A stretch of DNA of 63,721 nt, taken from the NCBI GenBank assembly GCA_030265395.1, contig JARFYF010000104.1, positions 61,807,215 to 61,870,935 of the forward strand, given 5' to 3'. This DNA comes from Rhina ancylostomus (taxonomy: Eukaryota). Each line of letters opens with the position of its first letter. Position 1 is the stretch's first letter. Below, piece by piece: positions 13,205 through 25,888 of this stretch. Position numbers and translations under genes: made by a program. A model generated the notes under the pieces. The model did no database searches. It saw only the letters and a list, made by a program, of their open reading frames with translations, and was not told the DNA's origin.

Positions 13205-13508
13205 TTTATTGTCATATGCACAAGTACATGTATGCACAGGTGCAATGAAAAACGTTCTTGCAGCAGCATCACTGGCACATAGCGTCATATAAGCAGCATT
13301 CACAAGAAAAACATAAATTATACACAATTTTTACAAGAAAGAACACAATTACAACAAAAAAAAACACCAAGGTCATTTTAGTGCAAACTGTAGTGCTTAA
13401 GATTGTCCCGGTTGGTTCGAGAACCAAATGGTTGAAGAAAAGTAACTGTTCTTGAACCTGGTGGTGTGAGACTTCAGGCTTCTGTACCTCCAGCCTGATA
13501 GTAGCTTC
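13205..13508 (-). mobile_element. Rex1/Babar LINE 3' end
   Basis: tttattgtcatatgcacaagtacatg...cttgaacctggtggtgtgagacttcaggcttctgtacctcc; close match to 61500-61850. Confidence 0.8.
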
Positions 13509-14160
13509 AGAGTCTAACTTGGAGGGGAGAGTTGAAAGGTGACAGTTGAAACAGAAAACACAGGTCTAGGATATGCTAACAGCTAGCTAGTGGATCTAAG
13601 GGAACCATCAGCCAGCTGCAGAGCACATTACAGACTGCCATGCCTGTACACTGCAAATTGGAGGTCAGGTGCACACACAGCAACCCCTTGCTGTACCCCC
13701 AGGCTTGACAGTAAAACCAGAGGTTCTCTGCAAGCTGCTGAGTTGACCAGTCGGATATACTTTGTTAATTTTGAAGCCTTCCGCAGCTGGGACACTTAGT
13801 GCAGCCCTTTTATTTTGATATTTTAATAAATTAATTGTGNNNNNNNNNNNNNNNNNNNNNNNNNNNNNNNNNNNNNNNNNNNNNNNNNNNNNNNNNNNNN
13901 NNNNNNNNNNNNNNNNNNNNNNNNNNNNNNNNNNNNNNNTAATAAATTAATTGTGGCTGTTTTAAATAAATTTATAATTTAAAAATTAAACTAAAATATT
14001 ATTTTTAATTCCTGCTTTTTTCCCCAACGGGTTATAAATGTTCAGCACCTGTGCCCATTTTGCTGCTTGTGTCCCACTACACTCTGCTGAAGGACCGTGA
14101 CAACAACATTGCGGAGGTGCAAGGCAACATAAATTTAGTTTGGCCATGTGGTGATAGCGC

Positions 14161-14294
14161 ACTGTCGACGTTTCAGTTCGACCCAAAACATTGGCAGTTC
14201 CTTTCCTCCTACAGATGCTGCTTGACCCACTGAGTTCCTCCAGGAGATTGTTTGTTGTTCCAGATTTGCAGCATCTGCAGTCTCTCGTGTCTCT
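14161..14294. mobile_element. Penelope-derived repeat, palindrome with collapsed centre
   Basis: actgtcgacgtttc (minus GAAACGTCGACAGT) joined to ...gacccaaaacattggcagttcc...acagatgctgcttgacccactgagttcctccag...gcagcatctgcagtctctcgtgtctc. Confidence 0.7.
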
Positions 14295-14329
14295 AGCTGT
14301 AGCATATGCAGTAACCATAAATCTTGGGT

Positions 14330-14965
14330 CAGGATGACTGCCATCCAGCCCTGTGTCATGATTCATATCTCAACAATTTGTTGGGAAGAGGTAAAGGCAC
14401 ACAAAGTGAGAGTGTTAAGACCAATAAGCAAGTATGATGCATGTAATTCAGATACTGATGAAACAATACAAATCTGTAGTCCAAAACAATACACAGTGTG
14501 AAGTGGAGGAAATGTTAGAAGTGCCTATGTTGACAACATGATTACAGTGTGAAACACAGCTAAACACATTGAGAAAGTAATGTTGAATTTATTCCAGACA
14601 TGAATAAAGAGCCAACTATTGAAGAGGAGACACAAATCAATAGTGAGTTGAATTAAAACACCACATCCTTAAGTCAAGAAGAAACTACAGTGACAGAAAC
14701 CCAACTACATTTGAGAAAATCTGAGCTTCAGAGAAACTCAGTAAATAAGCTGAGCCTGTATTTGAAATATATAGATAAAAATGTTTGGTGCATTTTTCCA
14801 AAGAGGGCAAACAATGTAGCATATTTACTCAAATGTTGCACACAAATAATGTAATGATGTTATTATACAAGAGATGTAAGTGCCTGTTGATTGTTAAACT
14901 GTCCTGAAGCTCCTGTTTCTCCGAAAAATGACTATAGTTCAGATTTACCAACACCATAAAACCAG
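14330..14965 (+). mobile_element. Possible 3' part of the Gypsy relic (pol tail, purine tract, LTR remnant)
   Basis: A-rich region coding-like for E/T/Q, ending cagagaaactcagtaaataagctgagcctgta; then aaagagggcaaacaa followed by TGTAG. Weak, very decayed signal. Confidence 0.3.
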
Positions 14966-15029
14966 CTCATAGACACTTTCAATGACACTATTGAAGGGAT
15001 TCCCAGGAGTATTGTTGATGTGTATTGTT

Positions 15030-15680
15030 GATGACGAAAGTGGCAACACATGTGGATAGGGTGGTAAAGAAGGGGTACAGTCAAGGCATTAAGTATAAAA
15101 GTCAGGAAATCATGTTGCAGCTGAATAAAACTTCAGTTGGTCCACATTTGGAATATTATCTGCAGTTCTGGTTGCCACACAACAGGAAGGATGTGGAAGC
15201 TTTGGAAAGGATGTAGAAAAGGTTCACCAAGATGCTTCCTTGATTGGAGTGTACTAGCTATAAGGAGAGGTTGTACAAACATGGATTGTTTTACCTGGAG
15301 CATCAGAGGCTGAGGAGCAACCTTGTAGAAGTATATAAAATTATGAGAGACATAGATCAGGAAGACAGAGTCTTTTTCGCATGGTAAAAATGTCAAATAC
15401 TAGAGGGCATGGGTTTAAGGTGAGAGGGGGAAAGTTAAAAGGAGATTTGAGGCAATTTTTTTTGCATTAGAAGTATTAAGTGTTAGCAATGTGCTGCCAG
15501 GGTGTGTGGTGAAAGCAGATACAATAGGAGCATTTGAAGGGTATTTAGACATGAACAGGCAAAGAACAGAGGGATACAGACCATGTTCAGGCAGATAGAA
15601 TTAGCTAGATTGGCATCATGGTGGCCAGGACATGGCGGGCTGAAGGGCCTGTTCCTGTGCTATACTCTGCTGTGTTCTAG
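15030..15680 (+). mobile_element. CR1 (HER1-type) LINE 3' portion
   Basis: VATHVDRVVKK...IKYKSQEIMLQLNKTSVGPHLEYYLQFWLPHNRKDVEALER; actagagggcat...aaggtgagagggg; tail gggctgaagggcctgttcctgtgctatact. Confidence 0.88.
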
Positions 15681-15919
15681 ATGTGCTGTTGAGTATCAAG
15701 AAATGGTGCTAACCCCTTCCTTACTTTATGTGGCCTTTATCTCTAAAGAGTTGCGAATGAATGTGAGCAATCTCATCAGCAAATATTCTCATTCCTAATC
15801 TAATGATGGACCACATGAAAGCAGCTAGGCCTCAGTCAGCAGCAATGTGCTGGGTTGCTGAGAATGCCAAACAACACAACCATTTCCTCTTTGCTACCTA
15901 TGACTTCAACTCATGGAAT

Positions 15920-17280
15920 CCTAGGTCCCCTTGATGTGCAGTCAATGACTTAATGTCAAGAATAGTTACTCTCACCAGGTTTCTGGAACTCGTTTTTCAT
16001 GTACATGTTTGGACTAATTTTGAAATATGCTCTGGAACAGATTGGTCTGAGTAGAATCTGGTTTGAGTACCACCGGACAAGTCATTGTTGAGTAAGTGCA
16101 GCTTGAAAGCATTGCCCATTGATGATCAAAAGTAACTGGGACGAAATTAGCAGATTACATTTGTTCTGGTTTTGGTGGATAAGTATTAAGGTAGTTGTTC
16201 ATAGGTTGGATAGATACCAATGTTGCCGTACAGGATTAGTTTACCTAGAAACCCAGCTAATTCTGGAGCACTTGAGTTGGTTTATTGACAGGGTATGGTG
16301 TATTCAGTGCACTTGATCATTTCTCAACAACATGTGGAGAGAATCAAATTTCCTGAAGACTGGATCTTGAAATGGTGGGAGCCTCAGGAGAAGTCCAAGA
16401 TCAATCATTCACTTGGCACTAATAATTGAAGATGGTTGCAAGCACATTGGCTTGAAACTTTGCACTTGTACCGGGCTCTACCATCACCAAGAATCATTCA
16501 TGTAGCCTTGTACTCCTGTTTGCTGTTAATAGTTTGCAAATTTTCGCAGCTGAATATGGCAGATAAGTAATGTATTGATCTTTCTATAGTATGCTGCTTT
16601 GCTATTAAATTTGCATTTAGTCCTGTTCTAGTTCATTTTCAGATACACCTTGGTGTTGTATTTGTATACTCTTGTGCCATAATAAATGGTAATGATTCAG
16701 TAAGGGATGTGCTCTGTCGTAAGCTTACAGATTGTGGTGGTATAAAGTGTTGCTGCCACTGTAGCTCATGGTTGCCCAACTGCCCTATTTTCATCTAGTA
16801 GTTCTGTTTCTGAATTCATCCCATTTAGCACAATCATAATGCCACACAGCATAATGGAGGCACCCTTATTGTGAAGATGGAATTGGTTCTTGAGAAAGAC
16901 GGTGCAGTTGAAACTTCTATCACTACTGTATGGACAGGTAGATTAATGAGATCTAAGCTAACGGTGTTTATTCTTTCACCACTTGTCACTGTCTGGCAGT
17001 TATGTTTCTCATGTCTGGCAGTTATGTTTCTCATGTCTGGCAGCTTGTTCGGTGCTGGTGCTGCTGAGCCATTCTTAGTGATGGACATTAAAGTCCTTCA
17101 TCCAAGTGTACTCTGAACCCCGTTCCATATGGTGTTCAAGAAGGAGGAGTGCTGATTCACAGCTAAGGAATGGCAATACTATAAGCAAAAGGAATTCCTT
17201 TTCATTTGGTCTGATGCCAAGAAATTTCAAAGAGTCCAAAAGCAATATTGAGGACTCCTAGAATTACTCCCTCCTAATCC
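15920..17280 (-). mobile_element. Family B CR1/L2-group LINE, heavily decayed
   Basis: 15930-16260 is a reverse-complement match to 6020-6310 (e.g. catgtttggac, gtaagtgcagcttg, gtagataccaatgttg). It continues into endonuclease-like sequence (gtgatggacattaaagtcc). Confidence 0.55.
16990..17043. repeat. 22-bp perfect tandem duplication (about 2.5 copies)
   Basis: (tgtctggcagttatgtttctca)x2 + tgtctggcag. Confidence 0.9.
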
Positions 17281-17624
17281 CATCCCTGTAGTTTATCTTT
17301 CCTTCAAGAATTTATCCTGTTCACATTGGGAAGCAACTATTTACTTTGGTTCCAGCAACCTGTCTGGCAGTGCATTTCAAATTCTAACTATTCCTCACCC
17401 CTGGTTCTTTACCCCTCATGTTAAATTTATGTCTTTAGTTATTGACCCATTAGTAAATGACAATACCATTGTTTTATTCACTCTTTCTTATACCTTTAAT
17501 AATCTTAAGCTTCTACTAAATCTTGTCCTTTATTTAGGGTTTTCTGAGTCTCAGAATACCTCACTTTGTGGTCCTTACTATTTAGCTAATATCACAAACT
17601 TTGAAATAATTTTCTACATATCTG

Positions 17625-18402
17625 TCAGAATCAGATTTATTATCACTGACATATGTCATGAAATTTGTTGTTTTGCAACAGCAGTACAGTGCAGAACGTA
17701 AAGACATAAAAATTACTATAAGTTACAAAAACAAATAGTACAAAAGAGGAATAATGAGGTAGTGTTTACGAACTGTTCAGATATCTGATGGCAGAGGGGA
17801 AAAAGCTGTTCCTTAATCATTGAGTGTGGATCTTCAGGCTCCTGTACCTCCTCCCCAATGGTAGTAACGTGAAGAGGGCATGTCCCAAGTGCTCAGGATC
17901 CTTAATGATGGATGCCACCTTCTTGAGGTGCCGTGTCTTGAAGATGTCCTTAATGGCAGGGAGGATTGTGACCATCATGGAACTGGCTGAGTCTACAACC
18001 CTCTGCAACCTCTTTCAATCCTGTAAATTGGAGCCTCCATACCAGGCTGTGATGTAACCAGTCAAAATACTCTCCACCGTACATCTGTAGAAATTTGCAA
18101 GAGTCTTAGGTAACATATCAAATCTTCTCAAACTCCCAGTGAAGTAAGAGCCACTGGTGTGCCTTCTTCATGATTGCATCAATGTGTTGGGCCCAAGATA
18201 NNNNNNNNNNNNNNNNNNNNNNNNNNNNNNNNNNNNNNNNNNNNNNNNNNNNNNNNNNNNNNNNNNNNNNNNNNNNNNNNNNNNNNNNNNNNNNNNNNNN
18301 ATTGCATCAATGTGTTGGGCCCAAGATAGATCCTCTGAGATGTTGATGCCCAGGAACTTGAAGCTGCTCACCCTTTCACGCGCTTACCCCTCAATGACGA
18401 CT
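17625..18402 (-). mobile_element. Rex1/Babar LINE 3' portion
   Basis: Minus ORFs SSFKFLGINISEDLSWAQHIDA and QRVVDSASSM...LKKVASIIKDPEHLGHALFTLLPLGRRYRSLK; reverse tail tcagaatcagatttattatcactgac. Confidence 0.9.
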
Positions 18403-21400
18403 TTATTATTAACATATATCAAAAAGAGCAGTGGTCTTAATATTGAACCCTGGAAAATATTTCTGCAGGTTTCTCTTCTCCAGTACCTTGTATAATGGCA
18501 CATATATGGAAGAAGAAGAATAAGGAGAATCTAGGATTTCTGGCTCATAAGGCAGAACCATAACAATCTTACAGATTCCTAGGGACCAGGATGTATAGAT
18601 CACCAAAAACTTATTTAAATATCTATATTGAATTTAGTGGATTAAGATTACATTTCACAACAAAGGCCATGGAAGAAGTTTGAAATATCCTACAGGGAGC
18701 TTTGAAAGCTTCAAGAAACAAGACAGTACTAACTCTGTCCCAGAAAATCATTATTCCATTGAATTTCTTGGCCAGTGGCCCACTCCATAATGCCATAGGC
18801 AAGAAATGCCAGGCTCTTTCTTGCATTAGGCAAGTAATTAATGCTTTGCTTGCCAGTTCACCCCAGTTCACGATGTTTGACATATGAGTAAGATAATTAA
18901 GTATGTGCATCATTAGTTTTCAATGAATTTCTGGGTCTGCATGACTTTTTGGAACTACAGATTTTACTCTTGGGGATATACGAGCACCTACTGTCAACCA
19001 ACGTCACCACTTTCTCTGAAAATATTGCATTTACTTAAAGTCTAATTAGCATGCACAATCTTTTGTGTTAGTGGCTAAAATTCAGAAAGCTGCCATGATT
19101 CATTCATTAGAATTCTAACATCTCTCCGTTCTTTCAGAGTCAATAGAATTTTTGACATTCCTGTGCTGAGGGAAGGCAGAAATCTTTGGTCATTTTCTCT
19201 CACTACTGGCTTATTTTGCAGTTGAGGATCATTAATTTGGTCAGTTTCTCTTTCTGATAATTCCTTCTTTCCAGTTCTGCTGGATAATAAAAGGAATAAA
19301 AATGTTAGACCTTCTGGTTAGCTGCTGTATCCTTGCTATGCACATGTAAGGCTCTCAGCAGAGTAGGTATAAATGAAAAAGTAATGCTTTTTGCCAATCA
19401 AACAATAGCATTTATTCTATAGAAAACATTTTTTTGCCCAAACTAATCAGGGATACAATTACTTCTACATGTTAAGTACTGAACATATAATTGCCTTCCT
19501 GTCTTCTTATGCCTCCTCCTCCTCCTCCTCCTCCTGTATTATCTTGGCCATTGTCTTAAAACATCTCTACTACATTTGTATGATTAGAAGGATATTTTTA
19601 TACTCACTGAGCCATACATTGTTGTCTTTCTACTTTCAGTTAGACACGTCATTGCCTTCCTGAATTCTGGTTCTGCTTCAAAAGCTGTCAAGCTTTAAAT
19701 GATGTAGCAGTATGGTCAAAAACCCATCCTGGCCCCCTCCCACTTTCCTAACATTTCTCAGCCTTTTCACTAATTGTCTGTATGACGTTCATGTATATTC
19801 TATCCAGAAATTTTAAAATGATTTAACCATGCAATTTACTCCAGGTTAGCATTTGGGATAACTGGGGCATAAGTTCTGCCCCACCACACTTCTAGTCATT
19901 GTAGTACATGGAATTTACCAGTTTAAAAAATTCAATAAGTAGGCTAGAAGACAAAGTATTAATCGAAAGTAAATATAAAACACATCATGAAGATTCTTAT
20001 TGTGTAAAGAGTGACTTTTGTTTGGAATAATTTGGAAGCAGTATAATAGGCACAAAAGAGTGCCTTAGAATGAACATTTAAGGCTTCATGTATTGATACA
20101 ACAATGGACTCTCACTGATAGAATCATTCTTATTCCATGATATCAGTGATTCCATCTAATCACTCAAATCATGGAATTAAAGTGATTTTCTGGAAGAGTA
20201 ACGCCTTTCAAATCAACAGAACACTCAGTTTTATTATGTCTTCAATCAGCAAGTTTAAATGATTTTGATGAAATATGTTCTGTTTAAAAATTTGTTTTCT
20301 GTAGTTAATGTTGTTTTACACAGAATGACTTTAGTAGGATTTTTTTAAATATTTGCAACAATTACACATAATAGACTTCCTGGTTCAGTTAATTTTGCCC
20401 CAGATTCCAGGAATCAGCAAAAAAATCCTTTAAACTGGAATCATGCTCCAAAGTTGATCAGTGAGATGTTATTTTGTAACCTTTCTGGAAACAGCAATCT
20501 ACTGAAAATGCCAAGCTGTTATGACATCACCATGTTGTTTACTGCCTGAAATAAGAACCAAGTGACATTAAATCAACAGCTGGACTTCAAAACTCAGAGA
20601 AGAAAATCTCATTGGCAAGTTTCATTAAATTTATGAAAGCACATTTAAAATTAATTTCCACCACACTTTAGTTATGAAATGAAATGTGCCATAAATTCTA
20701 TATTTATTCTTTTTGTTTTCTCTATTATTAAAACAATAAAATAGAATGGTTTAACATATAAAAGACTTCCCTTATCCATTGGACCAAGATAAGCACATAC
20801 TGTAGGATATGACATATTAATTACTTGCTGTAACAAATGCTACAACCAACAGGACATATGCATCACATAAAATCATAACATCGTACATTTTCCATCTTCT
20901 TCCCACTTTCTTTCATTTCTCCATAATGTTTTCTTTCTTTTTTTGATATTTATCTTTTCTGATTTTGTAAATTAATAAAGCTATTTAAAACGATCTGGCA
21001 AATATATTAAGCAATTTCTTTGAAAGGCTCCAAAAAGAAGAGTTATAGGTACATATTTGTGCAACCACATCTTACAAAAGATTTGAATAATCTTTGTTCT
21101 CAGTTGTCATTTTACTTTCCTGGCGGAATATCAAGTTTTCATCCTTAAAATTATGTTATTCAAAGATAGTAGAGTTAGCAAATGATTTTTTTCCAATTGC
21201 TGTGCCAGTGCACCTCAGAGTCAACTCAGATGAAAAACCTTTAACATTTCACTTATGATTAATTTTTAACCAGTTTTGTGGCTTTTTAAATTGTGTTCAT
21301 TAATCTTGTATTTAATGATGGCCAAAGTTTATTTAGTTTGTGACAGTTCAGACTTCTTCCCAGTATATTCAAGTCATATTGTTCTCAGGAAATCCCATGG

Positions 21401-21469
21401 GATGCCAGCCTCACATCTATTCAAAGGGGGAAATTTTTTTCAAACAGCCCAAGAGAGATACAAAAACTA

Positions 21470-21636
21470 TTGGCTCTTTCTTTCCTTCAGCTCTTTCTTT
21501 CCAGTCCTGATGATTTCCAGTCTCAATCCAAAGAATCGACTGTCCATTTCCCTCCATTGATGCTGCCGGACCTGCTGAGTTCCTGCCGCTTTTTGTGTGT
21601 TGTCCAGATTTCCAGCATCTATAGTCTCTTGTGTCT
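21470..21636 (+). mobile_element. Penelope-derived repeat (single arm) with hammerhead remnant
   Basis: CAGTC-CTGATGA (21502-21513)...TC-GACTG (21538-21542), followed by the family tail gatgctgccggacctgctgagttcct...ccagcatctatagtctcttgtgtct. Confidence 0.7.
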
Positions 21637-22624
21637 ACAAAAACTATTTGCTCAAATTTGTTTTAAAGTTAAATAATACACACAAATCACCTTTAAAACA
21701 ATAACAATACAGTAATGCCACAAAGGTTTAGTGCATCCTTGTAAGAAAACGGTTCTAATGATAATCAGATAAGACAAGGAAGCAACTAAGTAAAGAGTTT
21801 GAATGAAGAGTGCTATAAGATACTTCTGTGATTGAAAAGCCGATCCATATTTACCCTACAGATTCAATTGTTAAATACCACACAGTAAAGAAACCTGAAA
21901 TTATCAGAACAGTGTGGCCAATTTTGCAGCTGCACAGTGGGCAGAAGAAAGAGCAGAAACAGAAGAGCTGACTGTGTTCATTTTTCCTACGGATCTGCAA
22001 TCCTGCACCCTATCTGGATTTAACATGCTGGATGGCTTCTGTCCATTTCTTGTTTCACCATCAATGAGGTCCCTACTTTCATGCATTGGACCGCTTGACC
22101 AAACCATTCCTGGGTTCATGCGATTATTGGCTGCGGAGAAGATATTNNNNNNNNNNATAACACCCGTTAGGCAATGGAGATGTTCATGGGTATAGGGAAT
22201 ATTACTTTGTTTTTGTCTCCTTTCAAATATCTTTGTACTGGAACATGTTCAATGGCAAACCACCTATGCTGACTCCTGACTTGCATGCCACATGTAAAAT
22301 AAAGTTTTGTGGATCCTCTCTTGTCAACTTGGATTCCCAAATCACCCTGATCCTTTAATTATGTCTCATCATGGAAAGGGGCTAGAAACAACCTTGCCCA
22401 TAACATATCTGAAAGAACTTTGACACATGGCAAATTACCAGTGAAGAGCCACCAGTCTGACTTCATATTGGTGCAGGAAACACAAATGAGCAGGCACTTG
22501 TGTGAAGAAATGCCAACATTGCTCTGCAAGATCCAGCCCATTACTTTCATTCTTAGAAACATTCTCAATTATTCTGAAACTCAGTTTAATATGTTTGTAA
22601 TAAATTACTTGCTATTACTGGGTG

Positions 22625-22935
22625 GGACGAGGTCTGTATTTGCTTGAGATCTGAGTTACTCAATGTGGGCTTTGCACATTTTCCCCGTGACAGTGTAGAT
22701 TTCCTCCAAGTGCTCCAGCTTCCTCCTATGCAACAAATACATGTTGGTGAGTTAATTAGCCACTGTAAATTACCTCTGGCGGAAGTGCTAGCAGGATATT
22801 TGGGAGGAATTGATGGGCATGTGGGAGAGATTTGGTTACAAGAAGTTAATGGGAGAAAGGTATTGATGGGACTGCTCTGAGAGCCAGCAATAGACTCTTA
22901 TAGATGGTTTAAATGACCACCTTCTAAGTTGCAAG
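22625..22935 (+). mobile_element. HE1-like V-SINE, decayed
   Basis: V-domain-like tttgcacattttccccgtgac..gatttcctccaagtgctccagcttcctcc, then ttaattagccactgtaaatt, then a CR1-like tail (gccagcaatagactc...atgaccaccttct). Confidence 0.7.
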
Positions 22936-22974
22936 GAAAATATAATATGAAAATATAAAATACAATTAATTTAA

Positions 22975-23610
22975 AGACAGAGTGAGTGAACACCTTAAAA
23001 ATTATGAGTTCATTAAGGATAGCTTCGTAAAGAGTAGATCCTGCCTGATAGATCTCATTGAATTTTTGATGAGTTATCAAGCTGTGGACAAAAGGCTGTC
23101 AGTTGTTTCCTTTGTATGGACTGCCAGGAGGCATTTGATAAAGTCAATATCAAGAGTGTTGGCTAAAGCTGAAGCTCAGGGAACTGGAGGAAATTTATCA
23201 CGTTGGCTAGGAAATTGGCAGAGTGTCAGGAAGCAGAGAGTAAGGACAATAGGCAAGTAGTCATGTTGGCAGGATGTTATGAGTGAAGTCCCACAAGGAT
23301 GTGTTGGGCAACAACAATTCACTGTACTTATAACTTACTTAGATCACGGAATAGAAAGTATTCAAGATTTCCAGGACACTGAAAGTTAGGGAACACTTCC
23401 ATTGTAGAGACTGGCATCAAATTGGAACATTTCCACAAACAGCAGCTGTTGTTTGGACAATGGTTAATTTTAAATCTGAGATTGGTTAACAAAAATCTAT
23501 CAATGTATTAAGCGATGAGTAAAAAAATTGGTATCAACAGAGAGATCAGGATAAGCAAGGGTGTAATTGAATGACAGAGCAAGTTTGAGAAGCTGGCCTG
23601 GTTCTATTCC
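22975..23610 (+). mobile_element. CR1 LINE RT fragment, decayed
   Basis: FVKSRSCLIDLIEFL...AVDK...WLGNW.SVRKQRV, gtcccacaaggat (VPQG). Confidence 0.7.
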
Positions 23611-23639
23611 TAAAATTTTTGTTTAGAATAAAATTGTTT

Positions 23640-23765
23640 TCATCAGGTCATTGCTCTGAAACATTAACTCTCTTTTTCTCTCTATAGGCACTGCTTGACC
23701 TTCTGGGTATTTATAACTTTGTTTCTCTTATTTCAGATTTCCAGCATTTGCATCAATTGGCTTTT
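23640..23765 (+). mobile_element. Older Penelope-derived repeat arm
   Basis: aggtcattgctctgaaacattaactctctttttctct...gcttgacc...tttcagatttccagcatttgca; same subfamily as 41095-41277 and 59085-59220. Confidence 0.55.
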
Positions 23766-23904
23766 GAGTCATGTTATTCATGCTGTGTTCTCTGATGTAA
23801 AAATTAATACTCAGAAAGCAATGCATAGATTAACTTCTGCTTCCTGACCAAAGTGACTTCCTGGTTTCTTCCAAGTGTGTGACCCTGAGACCACAACAGA
23901 TTTG

Positions 23905-24255
23905 GTGTTATGGACCAACAACCAGAGTTCTAGATAATTGATCCAGTGATAGGAATTTAAATTCCAAAATGGCAACTGGGAAATTTAAGTTCAAGTAATT
24001 AAATAAATCTAAATTGACAAACTAAAAGTTGGTCACAGTAAACATAAAACACACCACAGAATTTTGATAAGTACACATGCACATAAGTATACAGGTTCAT
24101 TTCATCTGCCTTCCTTGCACAGTCTGGCTGAAATTCAACTCTGGACCCTGCAATGGTGTTGTCTCTTAACTGCTTCCTCCATTCAGAGGCTATTAGGAAT
24201 AAACAATAAATGTCAGCATTGCCAGAAATGTTCACATCCATTGAATGAACCACAA
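23905..24255 (+). mobile_element. tRNA-derived SINE with family B LINE-derived 3' tail
   Basis: Degenerate tRNA-like head with a B-box-like tttaaattcc; tail aggctattaggaataaacaataaatgtcagcattgccagaaatgttcacatcc resembles 8195-8250. Confidence 0.55.
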
Positions 24256-24519
24256 GAAAAATAAACATACAAAATGAGAGAATGTCTGCCTTAGGCAGAA
24301 AGGTAATATTTGATTGAGTGTGGTGTCAAAGCACCTTAATGAACCTGAATTCAATGAGCATCAAAGGGGAAATGCAGTTATGTTCTATGTACTCCAATGG
24401 TTGGAGTCAGCCCCTCCAGCCTACAGAGGAAAATGTTTGTCGTGTACAAATTCAATCATCCCAGGATCATTGTTTGAGTTCTTCAGGGCAGTGACCACCC
24501 TTCCATTATAAGGACATGT

Positions 24520-24745
24520 GTGCCACAACAGTGCCAGAAAATTACCATTTCTAACAAGAGAGAATCTAACACCTAACCTTGACATTCAATAGCATTGCCA
24601 TCACCAAGTTCCCACTCCTCAATACCCTGGAAGGTCACCATTGACCGGAAACTCAACTGAACCAGCCATATAAATACCATAACTACAAGAGCAGCTTAGA
24701 CGCTGAGTATCCTATAGTGAGTGACTTATCTCCTTACATGCCAAG
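24520..24745 (+). mobile_element. Family B LINE fragment
   Basis: aacaagagagaatctaac...cttgacattcaat...caccattgaccggaaactcaactgaaccagccatataaatac matches 6680-6830. Confidence 0.7.
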
Positions 24746-25599
24746 ACTAAAACTATCAATAAATATATTTTAATTACTATATTGATATCCTATAGGGAAT
24801 ATTTTAATCAAGAATACGTTGGTGAAAAGTCAGTGGATTAACAGTACAATCCAGTGCCCCCAATAATTACTCATAAATCAAACTGGTTTACTATTGTGCT
24901 GTAAAAACAAAAGTTAGCTCTGCCTGTATATAGCTTAATCTTATTATAGTTGTCAAGCAATTATAACTAGTGAGACATACTGTAAAAGCAAGTTGTATTA
25001 TTGTCAGTACTTTGTGAGGTCTGTTACCATGGGTTCTATTTATGAGATTACATGACTATGGCATTGAGTGGGAGACTGGAGGAGAAAGAGAGAGAAGAAG
25101 TATTTAGTCATGAAGTTCAGTGTATCATTTTGCAAGAAGGCTGGATGAACCAGTTAGTCTTTTCCTACTTGGTAATTTGGTATGTTTCTATATTTTTCCC
25201 AGAATTATTCCCATTGGAATATTTATGTTTTTATCTTAGCAATTCTGTGCTGAATTATATTTTACAAATTCCTCTAGTCACATATTAATACATATCACTC
25301 AATATTATTTGTGATTAGGTCATGACAGAGAGAAATTTAATCAATTTATACCATAATGTTCTATTAATTGCAACGTGCCTTTATCAGGTTTCAATAAAAT
25401 GAATGTAAAATGAAAAAATATCACAGAAACCCTTCCATCTACAAAAGATGATGAGAGTTTATTATTTATTAAGTGATTTTCCTCAGATTATGTCAGATTT
25501 AAAGCAGGTTTTTTTATATATCTGTTTCCTGGCTCCAACCAATTTGATTTGGAACACTGGTCAGCCATCAGTCGTAAATACCATTGAGAGTATGTGTAG

Positions 25600-25888
25600 T
25601 CAAGTAGCAGAGCAGAAGTGAAGGAGGGTTCGATGCCTCAGTGCTGTAACAGCAAAGGTCAATAACCAGGAATGATTGGTAAGGACAGGGGACTGCAAGA
25701 AGATCAGAATGGTTATTAGGAGATTGAAAAGGTTGCTCAGTGTGCTAGTGGAGAGGTGCCATGATAAGAGATGGCAGTGTGTCATGGTTCCGGGTACTGG
25801 CCCTCAATTTGGCTCCTTTGATGATGCCTTGTTGTACAGCACATAATTCCGTGCTTGACTGATTACATAATGACACACATCTGAGCCC
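25600..25888 (-). mobile_element. Possible PIF/Harbinger transposase fossil (middle of the DDE domain)
   Basis: Minus strand ggccagtacccggaaccatgac resembles YPGS.HD with a frameshift; followed by LSNLF and SWLLT...ALRH (WLM.P-like). Confidence 0.35.

Noticed and set aside
13550-14060. AT-rich-centred segments resembling 10690-11000, 27180-27660 and 48690-49500
   Set aside because: They may be an ancient repeat family, but similarity could not be established by eye.
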